Notes: generated by a model not told the origin, from the letters alone. DNA of 64,000 nt from Carcharhinus longimanus (GCA_030264375.1 JASCQW010000061.1:115573344-115637343); one strand, 5' to 3'; shown: positions 13,165-26,236, counted from the stretch's first letter. Made by a program: numbers and translations.

Positions 13165-14800
13165 ATTGGGCAGAATATTGCAGCTATGCTGGGGAAGGGG
13201 TGGCTGACCCTCCGCCCCAAAAGTAAAGACAGGATGGAGCCAAGCTGCTCTATTGCCAGCCAGCCCACTCTGCAGCCATAATGCAATCAGGACAGGCTAA
13301 ATAAGGGCGGTGTGGGATTTCTGCCCCTCACTGGGGATGAAGCCCTGCCCTCAGGACATGTCAGCCAATCCGGATTGGTCAGCAGCTTCAACAGCAGCCC
13401 GGCAGCCTCAAGAGCACGTTTGTGGGTGCTGCCGGGACTGCGTCGAGGAAGAAGGTGGCCTAGTGGATACCGGGGACAGGTAAGCCTTGGACAGGGGAGG
13501 TCTTGAGCAGAGAAGGTTTGGGGAAGTTAGGGAGGAGTAAGAGACTGTGGCGGGGGAGGGGGGGGGGTCATGTTTAATGTAGCAGGTACGTCTGAAGAAA
13601 GGGGACGGTTCTACTTTAGGGGTCCATCCTCCAATTCTTAAAAGGGAGCCTCTGATAATAGCACCCCTTCTTCCTTCCCACCATTATTAAAATTGCTTTT
13701 AAATTTGGGCTTCCCACTCTTTCCTGATGGCTCATGCCAACCGTTTTATGGTGGGAGCAGCATACTATAAGGGCCAACTGGCTTAGTAACAAACCCAGTC
13801 TCTCTTGATCAATAAGATAAGGCATGTGGGCTGCCAATTTCAGTATCCGTCCGCCCATCCACTCCCCTGTATTATAGAGGTGAGCTCAGGGATGTCCCTT
13901 TAACTTGCACTAAAATAGAGCTGCACCATTCTTGCCTGACCTTCCGACACAGGCCGTGTGCGATATGTGCAGTTCAGCAGGTTCCTGAGTCCTTCAGTCA
14001 AGTGCAGCGGTAGTGGGGGAAAGGGTCAGGCCACTTCCCCCATTTGTAAGGCACTAAGTACTATAAAGCAGCTGAGTATAAAAGGTTCCAGCTACCTCGA
14101 AAACCCTGGAAGAAAGTGTGAAAGTGCATTGGATGGGGGATGTGGGAACTCATGTAATTGCTGGGATGTAGGATGCGTTGTAGGTGGGGGTTGAGTGGAC
14201 AGTGAGTGGAAGGGATGTTGGGTGATCTACAGAGGGTGGGGAGTCAGAAGGGTCATCAGGGATAGGGAGTAGTAGTCCAGGTTGAGGGAGTAGTCAGGGG
14301 ATTGGGTGGGGTAATCAAGGTTCAGGACGGTAGTCAGGGATCAGGATGGTAGTCGGGGGATNNNNNNNNNNNNNNNNNNNNNNNNNNNNNNNNNNNNNNN
14401 NNNNNNNNNNNNNNNNNNNNNNNNNNNNNNNNNNNNNNNNNNNNNNNNNNNNNNNNNNNNNCATAGGGGAAGCTGAGTGCGGGATTGGGGCATGTGCTGG
14501 GGGTGCGGGGGAAGGTGAGTGAAGGTACTTGGTGGAGTTGTAATACAATGTTACGCAGAAATTAAAAGTGGATTGATTCTTCCATCTTTTTCTTGGTAAT
14601 TATTCTGTTAAGGCAGTCGGGATCATCTGAAATCTCACTCCAATTTAAATTAGGGTTTTGGATGGTTCCCAGTGCAGGGTAATTGCCCAACAGAATTTGA
14701 ATTTCCGGGCAATTCCCATGCAGTCCTTGCTTTAGGATGGATCCCCCAGCACATCATCTGGAATATCTCCAAGGTTCAACCTTCTGAAGGTAGGAAGTTA
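13165..14800. mobile_element. Two adjacent GC-rich interspersed repeats, probably non-autonomous DNA transposons
   Basis: Sharp GC shift. 14540-14720 resembles 52510-52690 (caatttaaat..ggttccc..aattgccc..tttcc(g/a)ggcaatt). Family not identified. Confidence 0.4.
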
Positions 14801-16517
14801 AGAGATTCAAAAAGAAATTCTGTATTCATGCTAATTTTGTATCTTTAGGGTTAATATTATCAAAATAAATTAATGCTCCGTGTATGAGTAGCTTTGTTAA
14901 TATAAGATTAGACCTCAGTTAATGTCTTCTACCTGAGCTAGGAAATAAAACAGCCAGAACCAACTTGAAATTCCCTATAAATTTAGGCCTCCTAATGGTT
15001 AATATTGTTGTTATTATTAATAATACTGGTAATAATGCTGCATTAAGGTCAGTATTTTGTTATTTGCCATTAGCTGGCTAGATTAATGTGTGAGTTTGCT
15101 TGCAAATTTCCAAATCATTTTAGTTTTAAACAATTGAATTATCCAATAATTTGAAATGAGAGAGGTAGATTTTGACTTTGTAAAATGGGTGGTTGCAAAT
15201 TGGCAGTTCATTTTACAGCTCTTCACATTCTTACTTCCTTTGGCTTCAACAGAAAAAAAATTGGAGGAGGATGTTAAAAGGGCTGTTGATTGACCACTAT
15301 CCTTTCACACTGCCACACAAAGCCAAAATCTATCACTGTAACTTTGAATAAAGAGAAGTAGACTGCACAACAAAATTGAAAACTTTCATTTATATAGCAC
15401 TTTTCAAATCTTCGATGTCCCATAGCACTTTGCAGCAAATTAAATATTTTTGAAGTCACTCTTATGCAGACAAAAGAGATGAGTAGCCAGTTAATCTACT
15501 TAGTGCTGGGAAATGTATTCTCACATTTTTTCAGCCTGGTGTATTTTGTAAGGATGTGTTTATGTGGATGTATATTCAATAAAATGTGTTCTCCCTGACA
15601 GTTATTCTTCTTTCCTCTGATAGAAAGCAAAACAGTCAGTATTTGAAATATTGATGACAGGGACAGTAGCTGAGACTGATATATTTTAAATCTACAGCAC
15701 ATTTTTAGACAGTTAGATCAACAAAACTCTCTTACACAGTTAGATAGTCAATAAAACATATAATTGCCTTATTTAATTTTTTATGTACGTGCGTGAATAT
15801 GTGCGTGCATGTTTGTGGATTAATCCTGTATGTTAAATGTAAGAAATCAATTTTGTTTGACAAGATAGAATAATGTTGTGTTCGTGAATTTAGTATAATA
15901 ACTTGTACTGTTGTGTTATTGCATCCATTATCATTGTATTATTCAACCTGCTTATTTGGATGGATCTTTGTGATGTGTATTTAATAACTTTTACTCTAAG
16001 GACTACATGCATTTTATATTTGGCTAGGGTTCAATATTTTTCATTTGAAAATTTCTGTAGTCTACAGCCTCACTATGTTTAAGCATAATCTTAACAAATG
16101 CATATGTGCCATTCTTTTCCAAAAACTAACAGAATATTAAGTATTGGGCATCTGAACTAAATATTTTGTATATCTTTGTATTATCAAAGCAAACTTTTGT
16201 TGTATTATCTCTTTCTAGACCATACCAACAAAGATGAAAGCAGGTGTAAAGGTTGAACACAAATCTTTAACAGGGGCTTCTTCTGACTGCTGCAACATGT
16301 GCCGCTCACTGAGGCGAATTAACTAAGATGGTTGCTGAATCACATGACATTGCATCATTTCTTGCAATAACATAACTATTTACTTAACCGCATATTTCAA
16401 TGAGTAGACTTCACATGTTAGCAAGCATACTATTACATCAACTACAACAGTAATTTCTGACTCCTTATGTTGTACCTGTGAAGGTTCTTATAAAGAACAA
16501 AAGCGTGCATTTACACA

Positions 16518-16897
16518 TGGGGAGATGATGACGCAATGTTAATGTAACTGAGCTAGTAATTCAGAAGACTAGATTAATGATCTGGGGACACAGCAGATGG
16601 TAAAACATAAATTCAATTTTAAAAAAGTCTAGGATACACAGCTAGTTTTAGTAATGGTGAACATGGAACTAAAATTAATTGTCATAAAAAGCCATCTGGT
16701 TCACCAAAGCCCTCTAAGGTAAGAAATCTGCCATCCATATAAAGCCTGACCTGCATGAGACTCCAGACACATGGCAATGTGGTTGATTCTTACCTGTTCT
16801 GAAAGAGCCTAGCAGGCCACTTAATTCAGAGGCAGCTAGGGAAGGGGAACAAATCCTGACCTTGCCAGCGATGCTCACATCTCATGAAAGAATAAAA
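16518..16897 (+). mobile_element. tRNA-headed SINE with Meta-like body and LINE family B tail
   Basis: Body ccatctggttcac..aagaaatctgccatcc..gactccagac..gcaatgtggttgatt; tail gccagcgatgctcacatc..aataaaaa. Inserted into a Deu-SINE tail. Confidence 0.7.
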
Positions 16898-16899
16898 AG

Positions 16900-17490
16900 G
16901 CATCATTTATAATCTCAGCCAATTAAATCATTTTGAATTTAAAACATTATTTTAATGTAGGAAACCTGTTGCTAGTGGGAAAACACAATGAGTGTGTAAA
17001 TAGTATCCCACTTCATTTATCATGGATCATTTTAGATGCTCAAGTATCTCAGAGAATTTAGCATTCTGCAGCATGATGGTACCATACTAGCTGCCAATTT
17101 GAACACAGCGGGTTTTCAGAAATAGCCACAAAATAAATGACTAGTTAATCTGTATTAGAACATAAGAAATATGAGCAGGAGTAGACCACATGGCCCCTTG
17201 AACCTGCACCACAGGTGTGGGTTGATGAATAAATGTAAACCACCACATTAGGAGAACTTTCCTGATCTTCTTTGGATGGAGCTATGGGATCTCTTATAGC
17301 CAACACAGAGGGCAGATGGGTCACTGATTTAAGGTCTCATCTAAAAGACAGTGGTTCCTACCACTGTGCAGCACTCCTTCAGTACTGTATTCAAGTGTCA
17401 GCCTGCAATATTTGCTCAAATTTCTGGAGTGAGATTTGAACTGCAAACTTCTAACTCATAGACAAGATTAACTGCTACCACAACGAGGCT
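16900..17490 (-). mobile_element. Deu-domain SINE carrying two later insertions
   Basis: Reverse complement of the Deu core (gctatgggatc..aggtctcatctaaaagacag). Interrupted by a 129-bp inverted copy and a short CR1 tail (~17157-17213). Confidence 0.7.
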
Positions 17491-17850
17491 TAGCTGCAAA
17501 TAACCATGGTAACACACTGGGGTAAATTGTCAGAGCTTGCCCCATTTAACTCACCCACTAGAAGATCATGGGCATTGATGGAGGATGACCTGCTGGTGTG
17601 AACTCAGAAAAGTTAAGCTATCATTGTTGATATTATATAAAGTTTATTAGAACTCAACATTATAGGGAAATACAATAATAAATGCCTCGCTTCAATTTCC
17701 CATCAATACTGCTGGGATTCTGCTAGTATGGTACTATCATGCTGCAGAATGCTAAATTCTCTGAGATACTTGAGCATCTAAAACGATCCATGATAAATGA
17801 AGTGGGATACTATTTATACGCTCATTGTGTTTTCCCACTAGCAACAGGTT
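16963..17850. repeat. 129-bp inverted repeat pair (16963-17091 and 17722-17850)
   Basis: Manual alignment gives 4 mismatches in 129 bp, all transitions. Confidence 0.95.
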
Positions 17851-18589
17851 CAACAAAGGGCAAAGCAAGTAAATGAAATTTTCCACCAGGACAATATATC
17901 ATCAGGAGGAATATATGCGCCTGAAACTTAGCAAGGTTTCAAAATACAGACAAGGTGTGAAATAGTAAAAAATAAATGTTTGAGAAAATGAAAAAAGCAG
18001 TAGCACATCTTGAAAGAAATTGCTGTTTTCATGACACTTGAAAGCTTTCCTCATACAGTTTATAAAGGACAGCTTGAGATTCGACTCATAACTATGAGCA
18101 ATGTGATATGATTTTAAATGGAAATGCTTTAATTTAATATTAAATGAAGCAATCAGGTGACTGTGGAATGAAACCACTCAGGGATTACATTAACTCTATC
18201 CCTCTTGTATTTTCCTTCTCCTCAGGTTGTCATTTGTGTTCTTTCAAATGAAAAAAACAATCTGGGGTACAAGTCTTCCTTCGATAGTGCAGGTGGCGAT
18301 GGCTTCTCTGTGATTAAACCGTCAGAGATGCAACACGAAAGGATGAGTCTGAACAAGGCAAATTTTCCTCTGTCCTGACTGCACCCAACAATCCAATGTG
18401 GGATAGTTTGTGTTTATAACCTGGCTAACAACTAACAAGGCTCAACCAACAAAAACTCAATATTAACACCCCCACAATGGGATGGAGAGGGTCCAGTGGG
18501 GCAGGATTAAGATTAACAAGCAGGCAACACATCCCCAACCTGTCACACACTTGTCTGCTGCTATTCAGCATTGGGTACATCTGATGGGG

Positions 18590-18842
18590 AGTCCCATTTC
18601 TTAGAAGTTAAATTAGGAAACACTTTTCATGCAAAAAGTGATGGAAACCTGCAACATTCTCCCCAAGGGCTGTGGATGCTGGGCCATTAAAGACTGAGAT
18701 TAATAGATTATCAGATAAGGATAGCAAGAAATGTTGATGAAAGGCATGTAAATGAGGTTGAGGGGCAGATCAGCCATTGTCTAATAGAATAGCAGGGTGA
18801 CACATTCAAGGAGATTGAATGGCCTCCCCCCATTCCTATGAA
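18590..18842 (+). mobile_element. CR1 3' tail fragment
   Basis: ggctgtggatgctggg..aagactgagattaatagatt..cagatcagccat..gaatggcctcc..ttcctatg. Confidence 0.7.
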
Positions 18843-18979
18843 TTCCTGCAGTGATGATGCCATAGGGATGCAATGATTGGTTTCTGGCGATCACAATCAC
18901 CTTCATTTCTGTCATACTTGACTTCAGTGCCTGGAGGATTTTCCCTTTTATTCTTATTAAGTTCAATTTTTTTTGGTTC

Positions 18980-19360
18980 TCAGTACCATATTCGGTCAAA
19001 ATGCTATCTTAAAGTTAAGGACAGGTATTCTCACCTCTCCCTGATATCCAATTAGCTCATATGCTCATGGTTGCATCAAAGCTGTAATGAGGTCTGGAGT
19101 CAAGTGGTTCTGGCTGACTCTAAACTGAGTGTTGGTGAGTAGCATAAGGGAGAGCAGATGCTACTTGATGGCACTATGGAAGTTTTTTTCCACCTCTTTA
19201 TTAATGACATTGGGGAGTCTTTAGGGAACAAATTGGTTGGGCTTGTATTATCATTTTTTCATTTTTTGTGCGGGTAAACAATCTATCGTATTATTAGATA
19301 GTTCCCAGTGATCCATGGGACTGCATGTCTTCAGCATTATAACTGGAAAACTGTCAAGGT
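18980..19360 (-). mobile_element. Degenerate CR1-group LINE RT fragment
   Basis: ggtcaaaatgctatcttaaag..atcaaagctgtaatgaggtctggag..aaactgagtgttggtgag is the reverse complement of RT motifs (QFRV, DLITAL, LR.HFD). Confidence 0.5.
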
Positions 19361-20957
19361 CTGTATATCTCACAAGAACAGTTGACATTACAGTTGCCCC
19401 TCAATGCTATTCCCAATTCTTCAAAATACTCCTTGACTCACAATGAAAGCACAACAAATATCAGACATATACTCCAAACCTCAGATTAACCGCAAAGAAT
19501 AATACAGAAGATCACGATGACGATATCGAAATGTTTCTCATAGAATTCAATAAAGCAGTCAAACTCCAGAGAGAAGCAGAATAAATCAAATTGTCCCAAT
19601 ATTTGTATTACAGGGCCAGTTTCATATTATTTGTGCTGACGGGTAACCTCGCCAATCAGGGTATAGACTCTGAAAGTAATCTCTTCTTTCCTCAAGTTCC
19701 AAACCACTCACAGTGTTGTGGTCTGACGAGGTGAAATATAATCTTACACTGATGTACTTGTGGTTAGTAAAATCTGAGACTCTTAGGATCATTACAGTCA
19801 GAGTCTCTTCCCTGGAGTCTCTTTGCCCTGCTGACACATTCAGTGAATCTTCCAAAAATATACTTTATGTACCAGCAGTCATTATGCTCAGCTACACAAA
19901 GGTCGGTAAGTGCTCAGAGTTAAGGGCTATTAATTAGAATAATTATGGCCAGGCTTGAATTTACAGGATGCAAGCTTTTACTGAGCATCTACCTTCAAGC
20001 CTTGTCCTTCTCTACTTACCTTCAATGTTTTAGCATCTTTTAACAGCTTTCTTATTGGAATATATGGTCGTGTATGTTTCAAGTAAACTGAAGAAAGATA
20101 CGGGAGCGTCGCGTCACACCGGCGCTGTGGTTAAGATGCAAATACAGCCGAAAGCTGGAAGCAAGGATCCAATCTAACACCAGAGCGAAGGCAAGTGAGA
20201 CTCCCTGGAGGAGAATCAGTTTGGGACCTAACACCCGGTTTACACTCCATAAACTCAGTGTTGGAAACAAGTTGAAGAAGCAGCTGCACCAGCATTAAAC
20301 ATGTAGTGGCGACGCACCCAGCTTGGAATAGAAATCATTGACTAACCTCTGCAATGTGGGTACAGCACTTTAGCCATACACTAATATTAATAAAAATACC
20401 TTACATACATGCACATCATACAGGTAAATGTATTTCACATGTATATATTTAGTGAACATAGATTTATCTCTGTTCATTAACCAAAGAAGACAATCATAAT
20501 AATCAAAAGCACAGCTGCAAGCAAGCATTATGCTTTGTATTTTATCCTTTCAACAACAAATACACAAAAAGGTTAAAATAATTCTACTATTTATTCTATC
20601 ATTTTACTGAGTACTGAGATCTTCAGATATATGTCAAGGACCAAATGATGAGCAGGAGAGAGTTGGAGTGGCCTTTAAAAATTGCGAGATATGACCCCAA
20701 TACTTGCTGCCATGTTTATTGTAGCAGGTTCTGCAACATCCCATATTGGAAGCCTGGCTTAAATTAATCAATTGCTGGTTAGATTTCCCAAAGCTCAAGA
20801 AGTCTGGAAGATAGCTGCAGAAGGTAAGTGCTTTTTAGAGTACTCCTCGAGAACCAGGAGCAGCAGGATGGACACTCCCTCCACTCCCTCCCTTGGCCTT
20901 TAAGCAGCTCTTCTGCCAGTCATGGTCTGTCCCCGCTGTTGTGATTAACTAGGGGGA

Positions 20958-21628
20958 GAAAGGGGCGCAGTGGTATTGTCACTGGATTAGTAATCCAGAA
21001 ACCCAGGGTAATGTTCTGAGAACCTGGGTTTGAATCTCATCATGGCAGATGGTGAAGTTTCAATTCAATAAAAGTCTAGAATTAAAAGTCTAATAGTGGC
21101 CATGAAACCATTGTCGAACATAAGAACATAAGAAATAGGAGCAGGAGTAGGCCATCCAGCCCTTCGAGCCTGCACCGCCATTCAGTAAGATCATGGCTGA
21201 TCTGAAGTGGATCAGTTCCACTTTCCCGCTTTCTTCCCATAACCCTTAATTCCCTTGTCTATNNNNNNNNNNNNNNNNNNNNNNNNNNNNNNNNNNNNNN
21301 NNNNNNNNNNNNNNNNNNNNNNNNNNNNNNNNNNNNNNNNNNNNNNNNNNNNNNNNNNNNNNCAGTACCCTGTACAGTTGCAGCAAGACCTCCCTACTTT
21401 TATATTCTATCCCCCTCGCTATAAAGGCCAACATTCCATAAAAATTTGCATTAGTTTGTTCATACTGTTTCACTAATGTCCCTAAGGGAAAGAAATCTGC
21501 CATCCTTCTGGCTTACATATGACCCCGAAGATTCCAGATCCATAGCAATGTGGCTGACTCTTAACTATCCCTGGTTAATGGATAGGTAATGAATGGTGGC
21601 CCAGCCTGCAATGCCAAAGTCCAATAAA
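20958..21628 (+). mobile_element. tRNA/Meta-like SINE with a nested minus-strand CR1 3' end (~21118-21440)
   Basis: Head ggcgcagtggtattgtcactgg..gggtttgaatc; body resumes at tttcactaatgtccctaagggaaagaaatctgcc. CR1 insert starts with aacataag repeats and encodes MLAFIARGIEYKSREVLLQLYRVL. Confidence 0.8.
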
Positions 21629-22377
21629 CCCCACCACCCTCCCTGATCCTCCAATTTGCAATTCTGAGCCATTTGCACCATAATCTCCTAATATTCCTCC
21701 AATTGCAATTCCAAGCCTTCCATTCCACAATCTCCTGAACCAGCCAACCTTCACTCTCAAGCCCTATGATCTGTCAAACCACTTGCATCTTCCATCTTGT
21801 GATTCCAGGCCACCCTCTCTTCTGAGTGCAGAGCTCTCACCTTCCACCAAACCCTGTGCTTTATTGATTGCTGATGACTCTCTCCAACAGCCATTCTTCC
21901 ATTGCCTGGCAGCTAAACAGACGGTCAATCTGATCAGCTGTCAGGCGGGAAGTGAAAACGATAGGCTAATGAAGTGCTGCTATTAAATTTAGCAGAACCA
22001 CCAATGTCCTAGGAACTTGCAGGTTTCCCTACTGCCATGTTCCCCCACTCTTTCCCTTCAAATGTCAGCACACATGCTTTATGACGTTGTCAATTACTCA
22101 TTTTGTAGTTCCTAATCGGACATTCAATTTCTCCAGTATGAACAAACTAATGTAGATTGAATTGATTTGAACAAGGTGCACCTCTGGCTGATGGTCAATA
22201 TATTGGGTCTATAACTACATTTCCAACTTTACACTGTGGGAGGTTTAAAAGTGGTCCCAAAATGCTCTGTGAAGTATATCTTTCTGATCTGATTTTCTGT
22301 GCATTTGTCTAAGTTTTCCTTGGATAGGCCGAAAAATACACTGGCAACTTTTCATGAGGGGGCTTGGAAAGAGGTCA

Positions 22378-22595
22378 GAGGTCTTGCGGTGCAATGGGTA
22401 GCAACCCTGCCTCTAAACCAACAATCTCTCTGGTTGAGTCCCACTCCAGGACTTGATGGCCAAGAAAGATGAGTGTGGTGTGGCCAACTAGGTTGACTCT
22501 CAACCTGTAATTCCTTCCTATATACCTAAGGCAGGCAGTTAAGAGCGAGAGGTTCTCCTGATAAGCCAGAACCATCTGGTAGCTGCTGCATAACA
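22378..22595 (+). mobile_element. tRNA-derived SINE (third family)
   Basis: Box A-like tgcggtgcaatgggtagc and box B-like ggttgagtcccactcca. Related to ~555-740. Confidence 0.5.
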
Positions 22596-22599
22596 GCAT

Positions 22600-22868
22600 A
22601 TAAAGTTTATTTATTCATCACATTTACGCTTACTTGAACACTGCAATGAAGTTACTGTGAAATTCCCCTAGCTGCCACCATCCAGCGCAAGTTTGGGTCA
22701 ATGCACCTAATCAGCACATCTTTCAGAATGTAGGAGGAAACTGGAGCATCTGGAAGAAACCCATGCAGACACAGGGAGAACATGCAAAGTCCACACACAC
22801 AGTGATCCAAGCCACGGATCAAACCCCGGATCCTGGCGCTGTGAAGCAGTCGTGCTAACCACTGTGCT
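22600..22868 (-). mobile_element. V-SINE with alternative (type B) tail
   Basis: V core plus reverse complement of tttcacagtaacttcattgcagtgtt..aataaataaacttt. Confidence 0.85.
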
Positions 22869-24684
22869 ATCAAGCCACTCTCAGATGCAATCTCTTGCCA
22901 CGGGCTCCATGGTAAGCATCTTTTTTGCTTCAAGGGACTGCAAGAAAGTCTACAGATACCCGGGCTGCATNNNNNNNNNNNNNNNNNNNNNNNNNNNNNN
23001 NNNNNNNNNNNNNNNNNNNNNNNNNNNNNNNNNNNNNNNNNNNNNNNNNNNNNNNNNNNNNNNNNNNNNNAAGAAAGTCTACAGCTACCCGGGCTGCATA
23101 ACCTCATAAGGAAAACTCCGTGATCAAATCTCTTGATTTTTGAGAAGACTAAGATGCATGCAATTAAAACACTTAGGAGAAGGAATATTAAAACTAGTTT
23201 CACCATATTGAAAAGTAAATTTTGTATAGTATGCTCTTTTTTTCCCCAGAGAGTATGTTGTTGATTGATTCCGTAGATGCTGACTTTCTCTATGCCTTCA
23301 AGCTGAAGCTGGACCAGTTCTTGACAGGGACAAAAATCACATTAAATACAAAAACACATGATCCATGTGAGTCATAAGAGAGCTTTCAAGATTATCTCTT
23401 CCTTTTTTTTTAAACCCTCCCCTGCAATTATATGATTGTGGCTGGAGAAGGGTTGGGGATTGTTTGGTCACAATGTTCCAGGGTAATGTCCTGTGGGATA
23501 GGCTTGATGGACCACTTGGTCTTTGTGTGCCTGTCATTCTCATACATTCATATTCAAAGATATCCATTTAAATTTCCAGGTTCACCAACTGGGCTGTCTA
23601 AAAGGGACATCATCAGGTTTCCATCTGCCCCAGGAATTACAGCTACCCAGCTTCTGGGATGAGCCTGAGAGATGGTGCAAGAGGAGACATTGAGGGTGCA
23701 GTGAAGAGATCAGTCAGCAAGCCACAGGAAGTGATCACAAAGGGCCTATGGAGGAACTGGGATGGTAAGGGGTGTTACAAGGAGATCACAGGCAGGGTAC
23801 GATGGTGTTGCCCGATCTCTGGGAAGGTTAATGGAGTCCAGCTGAAGAGATGCTGCTCTTCTTAGCCCACAACTAGTGCTGGAAAGGCATTACCCTTTCC
23901 CTCTGAGCAGTTCTTGCCTTCCTTCAACTGGTGAGTTTCCCAAAGTCCTAGAAGCACAACAGGCTAGTGTTGAAATTAGAATGGAGAAACAAATCTTAGG
24001 CACACAACTCAATTCAAATATTTAAATGAATGACTCAGCTCCTGAGCATATGTTGGTTGCCCACTGTAAAGGGTTAACATCAGAAGCATATACAACGTTG
24101 ATTTAATAATTAGGAGATAACATGACTGAGAAGTATGAGAGATCTTAAAGAGAGCATAAGCTCTTACCACAAATGGTAGTCCAAATTTGAAATTGTTTCT
24201 GTAAGTAAATAATTCTGGTTAAAAAAAAACTATCTCAAGCCTAACCCATTGACTAGGCTCATTTAGTCTCTCTATGAGACTGGACAATCTTGAAACCGGA
24301 TCTCAATCCCTACCACTCAGCAAAACATCCATTGCCATTTCCACCTCTGTCAAAACTGGAAATGGGTTGTTAGGTTCCAGTTTGAAATTTACATTATAGC
24401 TTCACATCCTTTCAAACCCACACTTCTTTGGGAGTTAAAATTACCCCAATGTTCGGTGCACTGTTGGAGCATAACAGCTGCCCGTATGAAAAACACCAGC
24501 AGTCCGTCATTTTCAATTTTCATTTTCAGATAACAGATGCGCAGATTTTGGAAGAATTATGTTTTTTCCAGTGGATTTTGGCACATAAATATCTGATAAC
24601 TGACCATAAATGGGAATTGAAAATCAGCAGCTATGAAAAAAACATATTCATGGAATCATAGAAGAATGGACACACCATATATTA

Positions 24685-24838
24685 AGCCGAACATTCTCTG
24701 CACCCCAGCTTTGACTGTAACACAATATTCTACTTTCCTTTCCTTCTCCCCTATGTATTCTATAAATGGCATGTTTAGTCTGTATAGAGCGCAAAAAACA
24801 ATACTTTTCTCTGTGTCCCAATATACGCGACAATAATA
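24685..24838 (+). mobile_element. Non-LTR 3' end (Rex1/Babar-like)
   Basis: ..aacaatacttttctctgtgtcccaatatacgcgacaataata; a related inverted piece lies at ~59030-59110. Clade assignment is from memory. Confidence 0.4.
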
Positions 24839-24839
24839 G

Positions 24840-25487
24840 AACAAATCGAAAAAGTGCAGAAGAGGCCGTTTGGCCCATCGGGTTTACATTGACTGTGGCA
24901 TAATATTTTATGATGTGGATGTGCCGGCGTTGGACTGGGGTAAACACAGTAAAAAGTCTGACAACACCTGGTTTNNNNNNNNNNNNNNNNNNNNNNNNNN
25001 NNNNNNNNNNNNNNNNNNNNNNNNNNNNNNNNNNNNNNNNNNNNNNNNNNNNNNNNNNNNNNNNNNNNNNNNNNGATGTGGATGTGCCGGCGTTGGACTG
25101 GGGTAAACACAGTAAAAAGTCTGACAACACCTGGTTTTAGTCCAACCGATTAATCGGTTGGACTAAAACCAGATGTTGTCAGACTTTTTACTGCATAACA
25201 TTTTACCCAGGCCTTCTCCGCTACCCTAACCCTGTAATCCCACACATTTACATTAGATAATCCATCCAACCTACACACCTTGGGACACCAAGGATCAATT
25301 CAGGATGGCCAATGCACCTAACCTGCACATCTTTGGAGTGTGGGAGGAAACTGGAGCACCCAGAGGAAACATAAGTAACATGGGGAGAACGTGCAAACTT
25401 CACACAGTGAGCTGAGGCCGGAACTGAACCTGGTTCCTTGGTGCTGTGACGTGGCAGTGCTAACCACTGTGCAGTGTGCTGTCCCAC
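24840..25487 (-). mobile_element. HE1-like V-SINE interrupted by a Penelope-derived palindrome
   Basis: V core at 25310-25480 and CR1 tail at 24850-24895. Confidence 0.8.
24911..25192 (-). mobile_element. Penelope-like terminal fragment with an 84-bp palindrome (25110-25193) and 13-bp TSD
   Basis: TSD gcataatatttta (24898-24910) and gcataacatttta (25193-25205). Shares its tail with 42680-42720. Span is inflated by a gap with duplicated flanks. Confidence 0.75.
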
Positions 25488-25949
25488 CAAATATCAATGT
25501 AGTAATGGTTCTTGTCTGACAAAAACGTGGTTGAATTTTCACTTGGCATTCAGTAAATGAGGAAGTGAAGCAACTGAAATGCAAAAATGTTGTTTGTGAT
25601 TCAAAGAGAGTTTTTTTTGTATATAAAAAAGCCAGCAGATTCTGCATCTGTTCCACCTTGTTTACTTTTTGTTGTGGCATTTAACAATTTAAATCAAAGC
25701 TGCAAAGAAACTAAGAAAAATATAAGCTTGTTGGCAAGGGGGCTTATGATATCTCTATTCGACTTTCTGTAAACATTTCAAATGAAACATGAATGAAAAC
25801 TGTATTGAATTGTATATTACAAAAGCAGCAAAAAGTATACAAGATGCAGCACTGACTGAATACAATTTTGTATATGGAAAATTTGAAAATGCTACTTTCA
25901 TTTCAATTGAATTCCATAACATTACATTTCATGTCGGATGCAGGTAAGA

Positions 25950-26236
25950 GCGTGGTGGCACAGTGGTTAGCATTGTTGCCTCACAGCGCCGGGGACCCGG
26001 GTTCAATTCTTGGTTGGGGTCACTGTCTGTGTGCAGTCTGCATGTGCTCCTTGGATCTGCCTGGGTGTGCTCTGGTTTCCTCCCACAATCCAAAAGACAT
26101 GCCATTAGGTGCACTGGCCACGCTAAATTCTCCCTTCAGTGTACCCAAACAGGCGCTGACTAAGGAATTTTCACAGTAACTTCATTGCAGTGTTAATGTA
26201 AGCCTACTTACGACACTAATAAATAAACTTTAAACT
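25950..26236 (+). mobile_element. V-SINE with type B tail
   Basis: gtggtggcacagtggttagc..gacccgggttcaatt..tttcacagtaacttcattgcagtgttaatgtaagcc..taataaataaacttt. Confidence 0.9.

Noticed and set aside
19722-19740. CTGACGAG..GAAA hammerhead-like core
   Set aside because: There is no room for stem II and no flanking stems, so it is a chance match.
22942-23099. Repeat aagaaagtctacag(a/c)tacccgggctgcat on both sides of a gap (similar cases at 12825-12950 and 24912-25137)
   Set aside because: Most likely an assembly overlap or collapsed repeat. It cannot be read as CRISPR-like or biological without reads.
25950-26020. tRNA genes at SINE heads
   Set aside because: A and B boxes are present, but there is no full cloverleaf and each continues into a SINE body.
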